64,000 nt of DNA from Zoogloea sp. (GCF_023150065.1 NZ_JAKLLN010000003.1:50142-114141), one strand, 5' to 3'; shown: positions 19,948 to 29,532, numbered from the stretch's first letter. Program-made: numbers and translations. The notes: generated by a model from the sequence alone, not told the origin.

Positions 19948-20427
19948 TTGACCACACTGCCCGATACCAGCCCTCGCCCCAGCCAACCCGAATGGCATGT
20001 ATGGTTCGACGGTTCGGCCTGCCCCAACCCCGGCCGGATCGGGCTGGGAGTGGTTCTTTTGAGCCCGGATGGCCAGCAGCAGACGTTCTCGGGGGTAGCA
20101 GGGCAGGATGGCTGCAACAACGAAGCTGAATTGCTGGCCCTCGGCAAGGCGCTCGATCTGGCCCGCGAATCAGGCGCCCATCGTGTCCTGGTCCGGGGCG
20201 ACAGTGATTTCGTGGTGCGCCACGTCAGCGGGCTGGACCGCACGAACATCACCCGGCTGCAGGAGCTCATCCTCCGCACCCGGTGCCTGATGCGCGGATT
20301 TGCAGAATGCCGCGTGCTCTGGATTCCCCGCCATCGCAACCGGGACGCCGATCGCCTGTCCCGGGCGGCCCTCGGCCTGCCCGAAAAACCGAGCCTACAC
20401 CCCGGTCTGCTGCGGCGCCGGCGCTGA
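19948..20427 (+). CDS. Ribonuclease HI-like protein
   Basis: WFDGSACPNPG, NNEAEL, RGDS, WIPRHRNRDAD (DEDD); start uncertain (TTG 19948). Confidence 0.8.
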   Translation: MTTLPDTSPRPSQPEWHVWFDGSACPNPGRIGLGVVLLSPDGQQQTFSGVAGQDGCNNEAELLALGKALDLARESGAHRVLVRGDSDFVVRHVSGLDRTNITRLQELILRTRCLMRGFAECRVLWIPRHRNRDADRLSRAALGLPEKPSLHPGLLRRRR

Positions 20428-20943
20428 CGCCTCCTCAAGCAGCCGCGCCGCAATCAGCCCGTTGACCAGCCCGAACAGCGTTGCCGCCAGGGCGAATATC
20501 GGGATCAGGTAGAACACCCCGTCATGGGGTACCAGCCAGGCCCGCGCCACCAGCAGTTGCCCGCCGATGTGGGCGAAGGCGGCGATTACGCTCTGGCTGA
20601 CCGGCCCGAAGGCCCGCCCCGGCAGGTGCATGGCGAGGCCCAGCACCGCCAGGCTGGCGAGGCTGCCGGCGAGGCTCAGGAAGAAACCCGGGGCCAGGAA
20701 CTGCCCGAGGAGCAGGCTGCTGACGAGGACCCGCAGCAGCGCCACCCAGACGGCTTCGCGCCAGCCCCAGCGGGCCAGCACCACCAGGATGATGATGTTG
20801 GCGAGGCCGGGCTTGACCCCGGGCAGGGGCAGCGGGATCGCCGCCTCGGCCACCGTGAGGACGATGGCCGCCGCCGCATGGCGGGCCACCCGGTGGTCCT
20901 CGGCGGTGGGCGTGAGGACGATCTCAGTAGTTGATCGAGTCAT
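20395..20943 (-). CDS. Gx transporter family membrane protein (EetB-like)
   Basis: AEAAIPLPLPGVKPGLANII, SVIAAFAHIGGQL; hydrophobic throughout. Confidence 0.85.
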   Translation of the reverse strand: MTRSTTEIVLTPTAEDHRVARHAAAAIVLTVAEAAIPLPLPGVKPGLANIIILVVLARWGWREAVWVALLRVLVSSLLLGQFLAPGFFLSLAGSLASLAVLGLAMHLPGRAFGPVSQSVIAAFAHIGGQLLVARAWLVPHDGVFYLIPIFALAATLFGLVNGLIAARLLEEASAPAPQQTGV

Positions 20944-21331
20944 AGTCGGCATTGCGGCCGGACAGGGCCAGGCTGACCTGGTTGGGTGCGCAGATGGCCA
21001 CCGCACCGGCGCTGCTCAGCCAGCCCTGACGCACGCAGTACTGGCGCGGCCCGGGGTCGGCGGCGACCCGGGCGCGGCCGGGCTGGATTTCGATGCGGGT
21101 GGCACCGAGGGGGCCGGGCACATCGAGGATGCGGGCGGTGTTCAGATCCACCTCGGCAAACACCCGGCCGCCGGCCTTGATGATCGCCTTGTCGGGGCGC
21201 CCGCCTTGCCACAGGCTCAGCGCCGACGCCCCGCAAACCACCAGTGCAGTAGCCAGCACCAGTACGTCTCCCCATTTCAGATGGGCGGCCCAGGCCGCCA
21301 GCCAGCCTCGCAGGGCGGGCCCGGGGATCAT
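20924..21331 (-). CDS. NusG domain II protein (DUF1312, EetA-like)
   Basis: N-terminal TM; GPLGATRIEI..RV..DPGPRQYCVRQGWL....AICAPNQV. Confidence 0.82.
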   Translation of the reverse strand: MIPGPALRGWLAAWAAHLKWGDVLVLATALVVCGASALSLWQGGRPDKAIIKAGGRVFAEVDLNTARILDVPGPLGATRIEIQPGRARVAADPGPRQYCVRQGWLSSAGAVAICAPNQVSLALSGRNADYDSINY

Positions 21332-22167
21332 TTCAGGGAGCGGTGCCGGACGTGGACGCGGGCGGTTTCGCGGAAGTGCTCGGCAAGCTTCTCGGCCACG
21401 TACACCGAGCGATGCTGGCCGCCGGTACAGCCGATGCCGATGGTCAGATAACTGCGGTTGTCATTGACATAGGCCGGCAGCCAGGACGCCACGAAACCGT
21501 AGATGTCCTCGACCATCTGCCCCACCTCGGGCAGCTTGGCGAGAAAGTCGATGACCGGGCCGTCCTTGCCGGTGAGGGGGCGCAGCACGGGGTCATAGTG
21601 GGGATTGGGCAGGCAGCGCACGTCGAACACCAGGTCGGCGTCCAGCGGAATGCCATGCTTGAAGCCGAAGGACTCGAACAGCACCGTGATCTGGCTGCCC
21701 GCCTCCAGGTCCATGAAGCCCTTCACCCAGTTGCGCAGGGTGTTGGCGGACATGTCGCTGGTGTCGATCCGCTGCCCCAGCTCGGCAATCAGGGCCAGCG
21801 CCTCCCGCTCCCGGGCGATGGCCTCGCCGAGGGTGCTGCATTCGTCCCCCAGGGGGTGCTTGCGCCGGGTTTCGGAGAAACGTGCGATCAAGGTGTCGTC
21901 GCGGGCATCGAGAAACAGGATGCGCAGGTCACTGACCATGCCGCGCAAGGCCTCGACCTGCCGGGGAAGGGCCGCGATGCTGGCACCGGAGCGCACGTCC
22001 ACAGCAACGGCGATACGCTGATAGCCGGCGCCGCGCAGATGGGAGACGAGTTGCGGCAGCAGGGCCGAGGGCAGATTGTCGACCACGTAGTGGCCACAAT
22101 CCTCCATGACATTGAGGGCGACGCTCTTTCCGGAACCGGACAGACCGCTGATCAGAACGAGTTGCAT
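21328..22167 (-). CDS. rapZ: RNase adapter protein RapZ
   Basis: ISGLSGSGKS, VVDNLP, SFGFKHG, FDVRCLPNPH, GCTGGQHRSV. Confidence 0.95.
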   Translation of the reverse strand: MQLVLISGLSGSGKSVALNVMEDCGHYVVDNLPSALLPQLVSHLRGAGYQRIAVAVDVRSGASIAALPRQVEALRGMVSDLRILFLDARDDTLIARFSETRRKHPLGDECSTLGEAIAREREALALIAELGQRIDTSDMSANTLRNWVKGFMDLEAGSQITVLFESFGFKHGIPLDADLVFDVRCLPNPHYDPVLRPLTGKDGPVIDFLAKLPEVGQMVEDIYGFVASWLPAYVNDNRSYLTIGIGCTGGQHRSVYVAEKLAEHFRETARVHVRHRSLK

Positions 22168-22220
22168 GACATTACCTGTTGAGAGGAAGGCGGCTGATCT
22201 GCATGCCAGCCTGCCATCGG

Positions 22221-22242
22221 GAAGTGACAAATTGTCACCTTC
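22221..22242. promoter_or_regulatory. Palindromic putative operator upstream of rapZ
   Basis: GTGACAA-A-TTGTCAC (22224-22238) with flanking GAAG/CTTC, in an AT-rich intergenic region. Confidence 0.5.
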
Positions 22243-22315
22243 CTTCGAAACAGCATAAACAACTTCCTCAAACCTAGCAGCCTCGTTTCCCCTGGAAATC
22301 AGCACTTTTGTTAAT

Positions 22316-23242
22316 TTATGTCACAACCAACCGATACCCCCTGCGCCTTGCCACGCCGGCGCGCTCCAACTCACCCACCAGCCAGGTCGCCAGTGCATCG
22401 GGGCTCAGGCCCAGGAAGCGGCGGTTGGCCTCCCGATAGAGGTGCACTTCGTCCAGGTAGGCCGGCAGGGCATCCAGATCGATGCTCCGCTGCTCCAGCA
22501 ACATGAAGGTGATGCACGCACGGATGGCATTGCGGGCCATCCGTGCACCGTCCTGCTCGAAGGCCTGCAGGCGCGAGAAGGCGGCACGCAGGGCGTCGTC
22601 CACCTCGACGAAGGGCGCGCCATGACCGGGGATCACCACATCGACCGACAGCCGTGCGATGGCTTCGAGGGTTTCCCGCACGGCGGCAATGCCACCGCCC
22701 GCACCGATCACCTCGGCAAACAGGATGCCGAAGCCGTCCCGCCACAGGGCATCACCGGAGATCAGCAGGCGGGCGTCGGGGGCGTGGAAGACCAGGGCAT
22801 CCATGTCGTGCCCGGGTGCCGGCAGGGCCTGCCACTCGAGCCCGCCCATGACCAGGCCTTCGCCGGGCGCCAGGGTGAAATCAGCCTGGAAGGGCTCGCC
22901 CTGCTGGGCGGCAATGCTCAGCAGCAGGGCTTCCTCGTCCCAGCGCGCCACGGCACCGGCCATACCCTCGGGTACGCCGATCCGGCAATCGAAGGCGCGC
23001 TGCACGGCCGCGTTGCAGCCGATGTGATCGGAATGGGAGTGGGTGTTGATGAGCCGGGCGAGCTGGCGTCCGGCAAGGGCCTCGCCCACCAGGGCCACGG
23101 TCTGGGCCGCGTGGCTCACGTAGCCGCTGTCCACCAGGGTGGCTTCGGGCCCGTCGAACAGCAGCACATTGTTGGCCGACAGCCAGCCCCGCTCGATGAC
23201 CTGGATGCCGGGCGGCAGGCCCACGGCCCCATGCGCGCTCAT
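22316..23242 (-). CDS. MBL-fold metallo-hydrolase
   Basis: NTHSHSDHIG, PGH, LISGD, IPGHG. Confidence 0.9.
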   Translation of the reverse strand: MSAHGAVGLPPGIQVIERGWLSANNVLLFDGPEATLVDSGYVSHAAQTVALVGEALAGRQLARLINTHSHSDHIGCNAAVQRAFDCRIGVPEGMAGAVARWDEEALLLSIAAQQGEPFQADFTLAPGEGLVMGGLEWQALPAPGHDMDALVFHAPDARLLISGDALWRDGFGILFAEVIGAGGGIAAVRETLEAIARLSVDVVIPGHGAPFVEVDDALRAAFSRLQAFEQDGARMARNAIRACITFMLLEQRSIDLDALPAYLDEVHLYREANRRFLGLSPDALATWLVGELERAGVARRRGYRLVVT

Positions 23243-23252
23243 GCCTTCCGCC

Positions 23253-23432
23253 TCAATCCGAGGACTCGACCTGCTCGCCGGGCAGGGGCTGGATACGATC
23301 CACGCCCGCGTCGACATCGTCACTGCCTGCCGAATCCGTCTCACCAAAGATGACCTCGGCACTGCGGCCACAGCCGATGCAGTAGCCGTCCTCAATCTCG
23401 CAGATGCCGATGCAGGGGTTGTCGTCACTCAT
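23253..23432 (-). CDS. Short DUF1289-like Cys-rich protein
   Basis: NPCIGICEIEDGYCIGCGRS then acidic tail; ATG 23432. Confidence 0.65.
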   Translation of the reverse strand: MSDDNPCIGICEIEDGYCIGCGRSAEVIFGETDSAGSDDVDAGVDRIQPLPGEQVESSD

Positions 23433-23442
23433 CGCCCGCCCC

Positions 23443-23652
23443 TCAATCGCGCACGCATTCGTCGTGCAGGTTCGCTTCGAGCGGATCGGCAGCGGCGCGG
23501 CGTGAGGCCACCTCACCCAGGATGGCCTGCTTGCGGGCGTCGCTGGCGCGGCTCCATTCGGTGATTTCCGGGATGCTGCGATAGCAGCCTTCACAGTAGC
23601 CGCTGCTCGGATGCATGCGGCAGACGTTGATGCACGGGGACGGAATGCTCAT
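23443..23652 (-). CDS. DUF1289 family protein
   Basis: SPCINVCRM....YCEGCYRSIPEITEW. Confidence 0.85.
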   Translation of the reverse strand: MSIPSPCINVCRMHPSSGYCEGCYRSIPEITEWSRASDARKQAILGEVASRRAAADPLEANLHDECVRD

Positions 23653-23741
23653 GGGGACTCTTGGGGAAAACATGCCCGCCGCTACGTGGCGACGGGTCGT
23701 AAATGGAAATACCTTGATCTGTTTATCGCAGACCCCGGCCC

Positions 23742-24410
23742 CTATGGCAAGGGCCGGGCCGCGCGAGGGGCAAACAGCCGGCGTACGAAACGCCACAGGA
23801 CCACGATCAGCAGCACCGCGAACACGCAGAACACCGCGAGGGCTGCCAGGAACAACAGCGGCTGATGGATCAGCGTCCATACGCCGCCGGCAAACAGCAC
23901 GTCTTCACCCAGGGAGGCGACGACGTTACTGACCGGCTCCGGGGAGGTGTTGATGGCGGCCCGGGCACCGGCCTTGGCCAGGTGCGTGCCGGCAGCCAGG
24001 GTCCCGCCAAGCAGGCCCATGGCGAGCTGCAGGGCGCCACCCTGGTCGCCCATCACGGCCGCCGCGAGCGCCGCCCCGGCCGGGATGCGGATGAAGGTAT
24101 GCACCGCATCCCAGATGGAGTCCAGCCAGGGCAGCTTGTCGGCAAAGAACTCCACTAGCAGGAGCAGGCCCGACACGCCGAGGACCAGGGGATGGGCGAG
24201 CAGGCCCAGGCCACCCGGCAACTGCACGCCGGCAAAACGCTCGAGGGCGCCGAGCACGAACACCAGGGCATACAGGCGCAGGCCGCTGGCCCACCCCAGC
24301 CCCGCCGCCAGCGCGGCCAGGGACGCCAGATCCACCGGCACATTGCGCCAGTCGAGGAGCGGCTTGACGCCCTCGGCCAGAGCCTGCAGGTCGGGGCTGG
24401 CAAGATCCAT
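23742..24410 (-). CDS. DUF4126 membrane protein
   Basis: GWASGLRLYA, EFFADKLPWLDSIWDAVHTFIRIPAGA, NTSPEPVSN. Confidence 0.88.
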   Translation of the reverse strand: MDLASPDLQALAEGVKPLLDWRNVPVDLASLAALAAGLGWASGLRLYALVFVLGALERFAGVQLPGGLGLLAHPLVLGVSGLLLLVEFFADKLPWLDSIWDAVHTFIRIPAGAALAAAVMGDQGGALQLAMGLLGGTLAAGTHLAKAGARAAINTSPEPVSNVVASLGEDVLFAGGVWTLIHQPLLFLAALAVFCVFAVLLIVVLWRFVRRLFAPRAARPLP

Positions 24411-24414
24411 GGGC

Positions 24415-25263
24415 TCAGGCCTTCAGGTGGCGGGCATGGTGGGCCAGGTGGTCCGCCATGAAGGTGGAGATGAAGTAGTAGCCGTGGTCGTAGCCCTCAT
24501 GACGACGCAGGGTGAGGGGCTGACCGTCGGCACACACCTGCTCGAAGCGGTCGGGATTGAGCTGGGTGGGCAGAAACTGGTCGGCCATGCCCTGATCGAT
24601 CAGGATGGGCGGGCAGCGCCGGCCGTCCTCCACCAGGGTGCTGGCGTCGTGCTCGCGCCACACCTGGCGGTCCGCCCCCAGGTAGCCGCCAAAAGCCTTT
24701 TCACCCCAGGGGCACAGGCTGGGTGCGGCAATCGGTGCAAAGGCTGAGACCGACCTGTACAGATCCGGATGGCGCAGGGCCAGGGTCAGGGCACCGTGGC
24801 CTCCCATGGAGTGGCCGAAGATGCCACAGCGGCCCAGATCGGCCGGAAAGCGGCTCGCCACCAGCCGGCGCAACTCGCCGGTGATGTAGCTTTCCATACG
24901 CCAGTGGCGGGCCCAGGGCTCGCACACCGCGTCCAGGTAGAAGCCGGCGCCCACGCCGAAATCCCAGCTCTCGGCCTCGCCCGGCACATTGGCACCGCGG
25001 GGGCTGGTGTCGGGCGCGACCAGCATCAGGCCCAGCTCGGCCGCCAGGCGCTGGGCGCCGGCCTTGATGGGAAAGGTCTCCTCGGTACAGGTCAGCCCGG
25101 CCAGGTAAAACAACACCGGCATCGGGCCGTCGGCCGCCTGGGGCGGCACGAACACGGCGAAGCGCATCGGGAGCCCGATCTCCCGGGACTCATGACGGTA
25201 GAAGCCCTGCCGGCCGCCGAAGCAGCCGTGCTCGGACATCACCTCGATCGAGGTATCACCCAT
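24415..25263 (-). CDS. frmB: S-formylglutathione hydrolase
   Basis: LAGLTCTEE, PDTSPRG, GHSMGGHGA, GYDHGYYF. Confidence 0.95.
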   Translation of the reverse strand: MGDTSIEVMSEHGCFGGRQGFYRHESREIGLPMRFAVFVPPQAADGPMPVLFYLAGLTCTEETFPIKAGAQRLAAELGLMLVAPDTSPRGANVPGEAESWDFGVGAGFYLDAVCEPWARHWRMESYITGELRRLVASRFPADLGRCGIFGHSMGGHGALTLALRHPDLYRSVSAFAPIAAPSLCPWGEKAFGGYLGADRQVWREHDASTLVEDGRRCPPILIDQGMADQFLPTQLNPDRFEQVCADGQPLTLRRHEGYDHGYYFISTFMADHLAHHARHLKA

Positions 25264-25264
25264 C

Positions 25265-26371
25265 TCAGTAGACGACCACCGAACGGATGGACTCGCCCTT
25301 CTTCATCAGGTCGAAGCCATCGTTGATCTGATCGAGGGTGAGCGTATGGGTGATCAGGTCGTCGATGTTGAGCTTGCCCTCCATGTACCAGTCCACGATC
25401 TTCGGCACGTCGGTGCGGCCGCGGGCGCCACCGAAGGCCGAGCCCTTCCAGACCCGCCCGGTGACCAGCTGGAAGGGACGGGTGGAGATCTCGGCGCCGG
25501 CTTCGGCCACGCCGATGATCACGGACTGGCCCCAGCCCTTGTGGGTGCATTCCAGCGCCTGGCGCATCACCTTGGTGTTGCCGATGCATTCGAAGCTGTA
25601 GTCGGCGCCGCCGTCGGTGAGCTGGACGATGTGATCGACCACGTTTTCGACATCGTTCGGGTTGATGAAGTGGGTCATGCCGAACTTGCGGGCCATGGCT
25701 TCGCGGCCGGGGTTGAGGTCCACGCCGATGATCTTGTCGGCGCCCACCATCTTGGCGGCCTGGATCACGTTGAGGCCGATGCCACCCAGGCCGAACACCA
25801 CCACGTTGGCCCCGGCTTCCACCTTGGCGGTGAACAGCACGGCGCCCACACCGGTGGTCACGCCACAGCCGATGTAGCAGACCTTGTCGAAGGGCGCGTC
25901 ATTGCGGATCTTCGCCAGGGCGATCTCGGGCACGACGATGTAGTTGGAGAAGGTGGAGGTGCCCATGTAGTGCAGGATGGGCTTGCCGTCCAGGCTGAAG
26001 CGGCTGGTGGCGTCGGGCATCAGGCCGCGGCCCTGGGTACTGCGGATCTTCTGGCACAGGTTGGTCTTGCGCGACAGGCAGAACTTGCACTCGCGACATT
26101 CCGGCGTGTACAGCGGAATGACGTGGTCGCCGGTGCGCAGGGACTTCACGTCCGGGCCCACATCGACGACGACACCAGCGCCTTCGTGGCCGAGGATGGC
26201 CGGGAACAGGCCTTCCGGGTCGGCACCGGAGAGGGTGTAGTAGTCGGTATGGCAGATGCCGGTGGCCTTGATCTCGACCAGCACTTCGCCGGCCTTGGGG
26301 CCTTCCAGGTCAACGGTCTCGATGCTCAGGGGGGCGCCGGCCTTCCAGGCAACGGCTGCACGGGTCTTCAT
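25265..26371 (-). CDS. frmA: S-(hydroxymethyl)glutathione dehydrogenase
   Basis: [44 protein letters not shown]. Confidence 0.96.
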   Translation of the reverse strand: MKTRAAVAWKAGAPLSIETVDLEGPKAGEVLVEIKATGICHTDYYTLSGADPEGLFPAILGHEGAGVVVDVGPDVKSLRTGDHVIPLYTPECRECKFCLSRKTNLCQKIRSTQGRGLMPDATSRFSLDGKPILHYMGTSTFSNYIVVPEIALAKIRNDAPFDKVCYIGCGVTTGVGAVLFTAKVEAGANVVVFGLGGIGLNVIQAAKMVGADKIIGVDLNPGREAMARKFGMTHFINPNDVENVVDHIVQLTDGGADYSFECIGNTKVMRQALECTHKGWGQSVIIGVAEAGAEISTRPFQLVTGRVWKGSAFGGARGRTDVPKIVDWYMEGKLNIDDLITHTLTLDQINDGFDLMKKGESIRSVVVY

Positions 26372-26399
26372 GGGGAGTTCTCCTTGGGGAAGGGTAGAT

Positions 26400-26984
26400 T
26401 CAGAGTTGTTTTTCGTCGCGGATGCGCTTGCCCACGGCGGGGGGATGATAGGCCCCCATGGCGCGCAGCAAGGCATACACATTGTCTTCAACCAGCAGCA
26501 GACCGCGGTTCTCGGTCTTCATGAAACCTTCGCCAACACCCCGGTCCATCATCTGGATCAGGGGCTGGTAATAGCCTTCGCAGTTGAGCAGGGCCACCGG
26601 CTTGTTGTGGAAGCCCAGCTGGGCCCAGGTGAGGATCTCGAACAGCTCCTCGAAGGTGCCCAGACCGCCGGGCAGGGCGATGAAACCATCAGCCAGTTCG
26701 GCCATGCGGGCCTTGCGCGAGTGCATGGAATCCACCACTTCAAGCCGGGTCAGGCCTTCGTGACCGACCTCCCACTCCAGCAGGGCGCGGGGGATCACCC
26801 CCACCACCTTGCCCCCCGCCGCCAGGCAGGCGTCGGCGATGATGCCCATCAGGCCCACGTTGCCGCCGCCATACACCAGCTCGATGCCCCGCTCGGCAAA
26901 CGTCTTGCCCAGGGATTCGGCAGCGGCACGATAGGCCGGATTGACGCCCGGGCGGGAACCGCAGAAGACGCAGATCCGGCGCAT
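26400..26984 (-). CDS. LOG family nucleotide phosphoribohydrolase
   Basis: [27 protein letters not shown]. Confidence 0.92.
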   Translation of the reverse strand: MRRICVFCGSRPGVNPAYRAAAESLGKTFAERGIELVYGGGNVGLMGIIADACLAAGGKVVGVIPRALLEWEVGHEGLTRLEVVDSMHSRKARMAELADGFIALPGGLGTFEELFEILTWAQLGFHNKPVALLNCEGYYQPLIQMMDRGVGEGFMKTENRGLLLVEDNVYALLRAMGAYHPPAVGKRIRDEKQL

Positions 26985-26985
26985 G

Positions 26986-27588
26986 TCAGAAGGGGCCCCG
27001 GGCCAGCCAGCGCTCCAGCTGGGGCAGGCGGTCATTGCCCCAGAAGCCTTCACCTTCGACGATGAAGAAGGGCGAACCGAACACCCCCCGGGCTTCCGCC
27101 AGATCGATCTCGGCCTTCAGGCGGGCCTTGGTGGCCGCATCGGAGAAAGCGGCGGAGACATCGTCCCGGTCGAGCTTGAGGGTGTCGGCAATCTCCAGCA
27201 GCACCGCCGTCTCGGCAATGTTGCGGCCATCAACGAAATAGGCACGGAACACCGCATGGGCAAAGGCGCGGGCATCGTCCGGGCTTCGGTCACTGAGCCA
27301 CTGGAAGGCGCGGGCGGCATGCTCGGTATGCACCGGGTAAGGCACGGGCTCCTTGAAAGGAATGCCGAAGAAGGCGGCCGAACGCTCCACGTCGCGCTTC
27401 ACATATTCGGTACGCATCAAGGCGGCGGGGATCTTCATGCCGCCCTGGGGCTGAAACTGGGCATCCAGCACAATGGCGTGCCACATCACGGCCCGGTCAT
27501 GCTTTGCCCCCAGGGCATCGATCTGCTCGGAGGCCAGATAGCCGTAGGGCGAGGAAAAGTCGAAATAGAAATCGATGGGTGCAGACAT
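26986..27588 (-). CDS. Kappa-class GST / HCCA isomerase, paralog 2
   Basis: IDFYFDFSSPYGY, GVFGSPFF, FWGNDRL. Confidence 0.9.
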   Translation of the reverse strand: MSAPIDFYFDFSSPYGYLASEQIDALGAKHDRAVMWHAIVLDAQFQPQGGMKIPAALMRTEYVKRDVERSAAFFGIPFKEPVPYPVHTEHAARAFQWLSDRSPDDARAFAHAVFRAYFVDGRNIAETAVLLEIADTLKLDRDDVSAAFSDAATKARLKAEIDLAEARGVFGSPFFIVEGEGFWGNDRLPQLERWLARGPF

Positions 27589-27699
27589 GGGGTCTCCGGA
27601 ATTCGGGGGGGTCGGAAATGCGCACTCAGCATTATCCATGGCAGCCCGCCCGGCGGGGCGGGCAACACGGGGCAGGCAGCACCCCTGCCCCGGGCGCGC

Positions 27700-28320
27700 T
27701 CAAAAGCCGCCTTCAGCCAGCCAGCGCTCCAGCTGGGGCAGGCGGTCCGCCCCCCAGAAGGCCTCACCATCGACGAACACGAAGGGCGAGCCGAACACGC
27801 CGCGGGACAAGCCGAGATCCACCTCTGCGGCCAGGCGGGCCTTGATCTCGGTGCCGGCCAGCACCGCCGACAGCTCGTCGCGATCGACATCCTGGGCCGA
27901 TGCCAGATCGAGTACGGTGCCCAGATCGGAGATATTCACGTCGTCTACGAAGTAGGCACGATAGGCCGCCAGACCAAAGGCCTTGGCCCGCGCCGGGTTG
28001 CGGTCATTCAGCCACAGGAAGGCCCGCGCGGCATGCTGGGTGGGGATGGGGAAGACGCTGGGCTGCCGGAAGGGCAGACCGAAATAGCGGGCCGAGCGTT
28101 CGATGTCGTGGAGCGAGTAGGCGCCCTTGAGGGGAATCGTCGGCAGGGGCGCCAGGCCCGTGACCTTGAAGGTCACCCCCAGCAGAAAGGGGTGCCACAG
28201 CACCGTGCGCCCGTAGCGGGCCGCCAGCGCGTCGATCTTCTCGGCCGCGAAATAGCCGTAGGGTGAAGAAAAGTCGAAGTAGAAGTCGATGGGCGCAGCG
28301 GGCTGCACGGGCTCGGTCAT
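27700..28320 (-). CDS. Kappa-class GST / HCCA isomerase, paralog 1
   Basis: IDFYFDFSSPYGY, GVFGSPFV, FWGADRL. Confidence 0.9.
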   Translation of the reverse strand: MTEPVQPAAPIDFYFDFSSPYGYFAAEKIDALAARYGRTVLWHPFLLGVTFKVTGLAPLPTIPLKGAYSLHDIERSARYFGLPFRQPSVFPIPTQHAARAFLWLNDRNPARAKAFGLAAYRAYFVDDVNISDLGTVLDLASAQDVDRDELSAVLAGTEIKARLAAEVDLGLSRGVFGSPFVFVDGEAFWGADRLPQLERWLAEGGF

Positions 28321-28389
28321 GACACAGGTCTCCGTAGCGTGCCCCGAGGGGGCAAAGGGATCGTCCGGGTAAGGCAGCAGCGGCCCGGC

Positions 28390-29532
28390 TCAGGCCTCAA
28401 GGGCCTCGAGCGCCCCGAAGTAGCGTTGCATGAGGTCCTCGCGGCGGCTCACGTTGATGCCCAGATCGCGGATCAGGCCGTCCTTCAGGCCATACACCCA
28501 GCCATGCACGGTCAGGCGCTGACCCCGCTTCCAGGCATCCTGGACGACGACGGTCTGGCACACATTGACCACCTGCTCAAGGGCATTGAGCTCGCACAGG
28601 CGATCGTGCCGCATGTCCGGGGGCAGCAGATCGACGCGATCGAGGTGCTTGACGTGCACGTCCTGCACATGGCGCAACCACAGATCCACCAGGCCCACCC
28701 GCTCGCGCTGCAGCGCGGCACGAACGCCGCCACAGCCGTAGTGCCCCACCACCATGATGTGCTTGACCTTCAGCACATCCACGGCGAACTGGATCACCGA
28801 CAGACAGTTGAGGTCGGTATGCACCACCACGTTGGCGACGTTGCGGTGCACGAACACCTCGCCCGGCAGCAGGCCGATGATCTCGTTGGCCGGCACGCGG
28901 GAATCGGAACAACCGATCCACAGGTACTCCGGGGCCTGCAGGGTGGACAGCTTCTCGAAGAAACCCGGGTCCACCTGGCGCATCTTGCGCGACCAGGCCA
29001 GGTTGTAGTCGAAGAGATGAAACAGGTTCTCGTTCTGGACTTCGGTCTCCGACCAGTTCTCCAGATCGAGGGCGAGGAACATGGTGCCCTCTACGGGCGT
29101 CGGGTAGTAGGCCGGCGCTTCGGTGAAACCCAGCTCACGGTAGAGCTTCACGGCGATGCGCATGGCCGGCAGGGTGTCCAGCATGATCTTGCGGTAACCG
29201 AGGGCCTTGGCCGCCTTGATCGCCGCAAGGGCGAGCTCGCGGCCCACGCCATTGCCCCGCAGCTCCGGCTCGACGTACAGGCGCTTCATCTCGCAGATGC
29301 CTTCGGTGGCCGGGCGGAGACCGACGCAACCGGCGGGCCTTCCGTCCAGTTCGGCGAAGAACAGGCGCCCTGTCGGCGGCGCATAGGCCCCCGGCAGCGA
29401 GGCCATTTCCTCGGCAAAATTCTGATAGCCCAGATCGACGCCCAGCCAGCCCGCGTAAGTGCGGAAGAACTGCCGGACGTGCTCGATCTCGGCATGGTCA
29501 TGCTCATCAAGGATGCGAAGGGTTACAGCCAT
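28390..29532 (-). CDS. GNAT acetyltransferase - beta carbonic anhydrase fusion
   Basis: N-terminal CEMKRLYV..RGNGVGR, LDTL; C-terminal WIGCSDSRV, FVHRNVAN, GHYGCGG. Confidence 0.9.
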   Translation of the reverse strand: MAVTLRILDEHDHAEIEHVRQFFRTYAGWLGVDLGYQNFAEEMASLPGAYAPPTGRLFFAELDGRPAGCVGLRPATEGICEMKRLYVEPELRGNGVGRELALAAIKAAKALGYRKIMLDTLPAMRIAVKLYRELGFTEAPAYYPTPVEGTMFLALDLENWSETEVQNENLFHLFDYNLAWSRKMRQVDPGFFEKLSTLQAPEYLWIGCSDSRVPANEIIGLLPGEVFVHRNVANVVVHTDLNCLSVIQFAVDVLKVKHIMVVGHYGCGGVRAALQRERVGLVDLWLRHVQDVHVKHLDRVDLLPPDMRHDRLCELNALEQVVNVCQTVVVQDAWKRGQRLTVHGWVYGLKDGLIRDLGINVSRREDLMQRYFGALEALEA

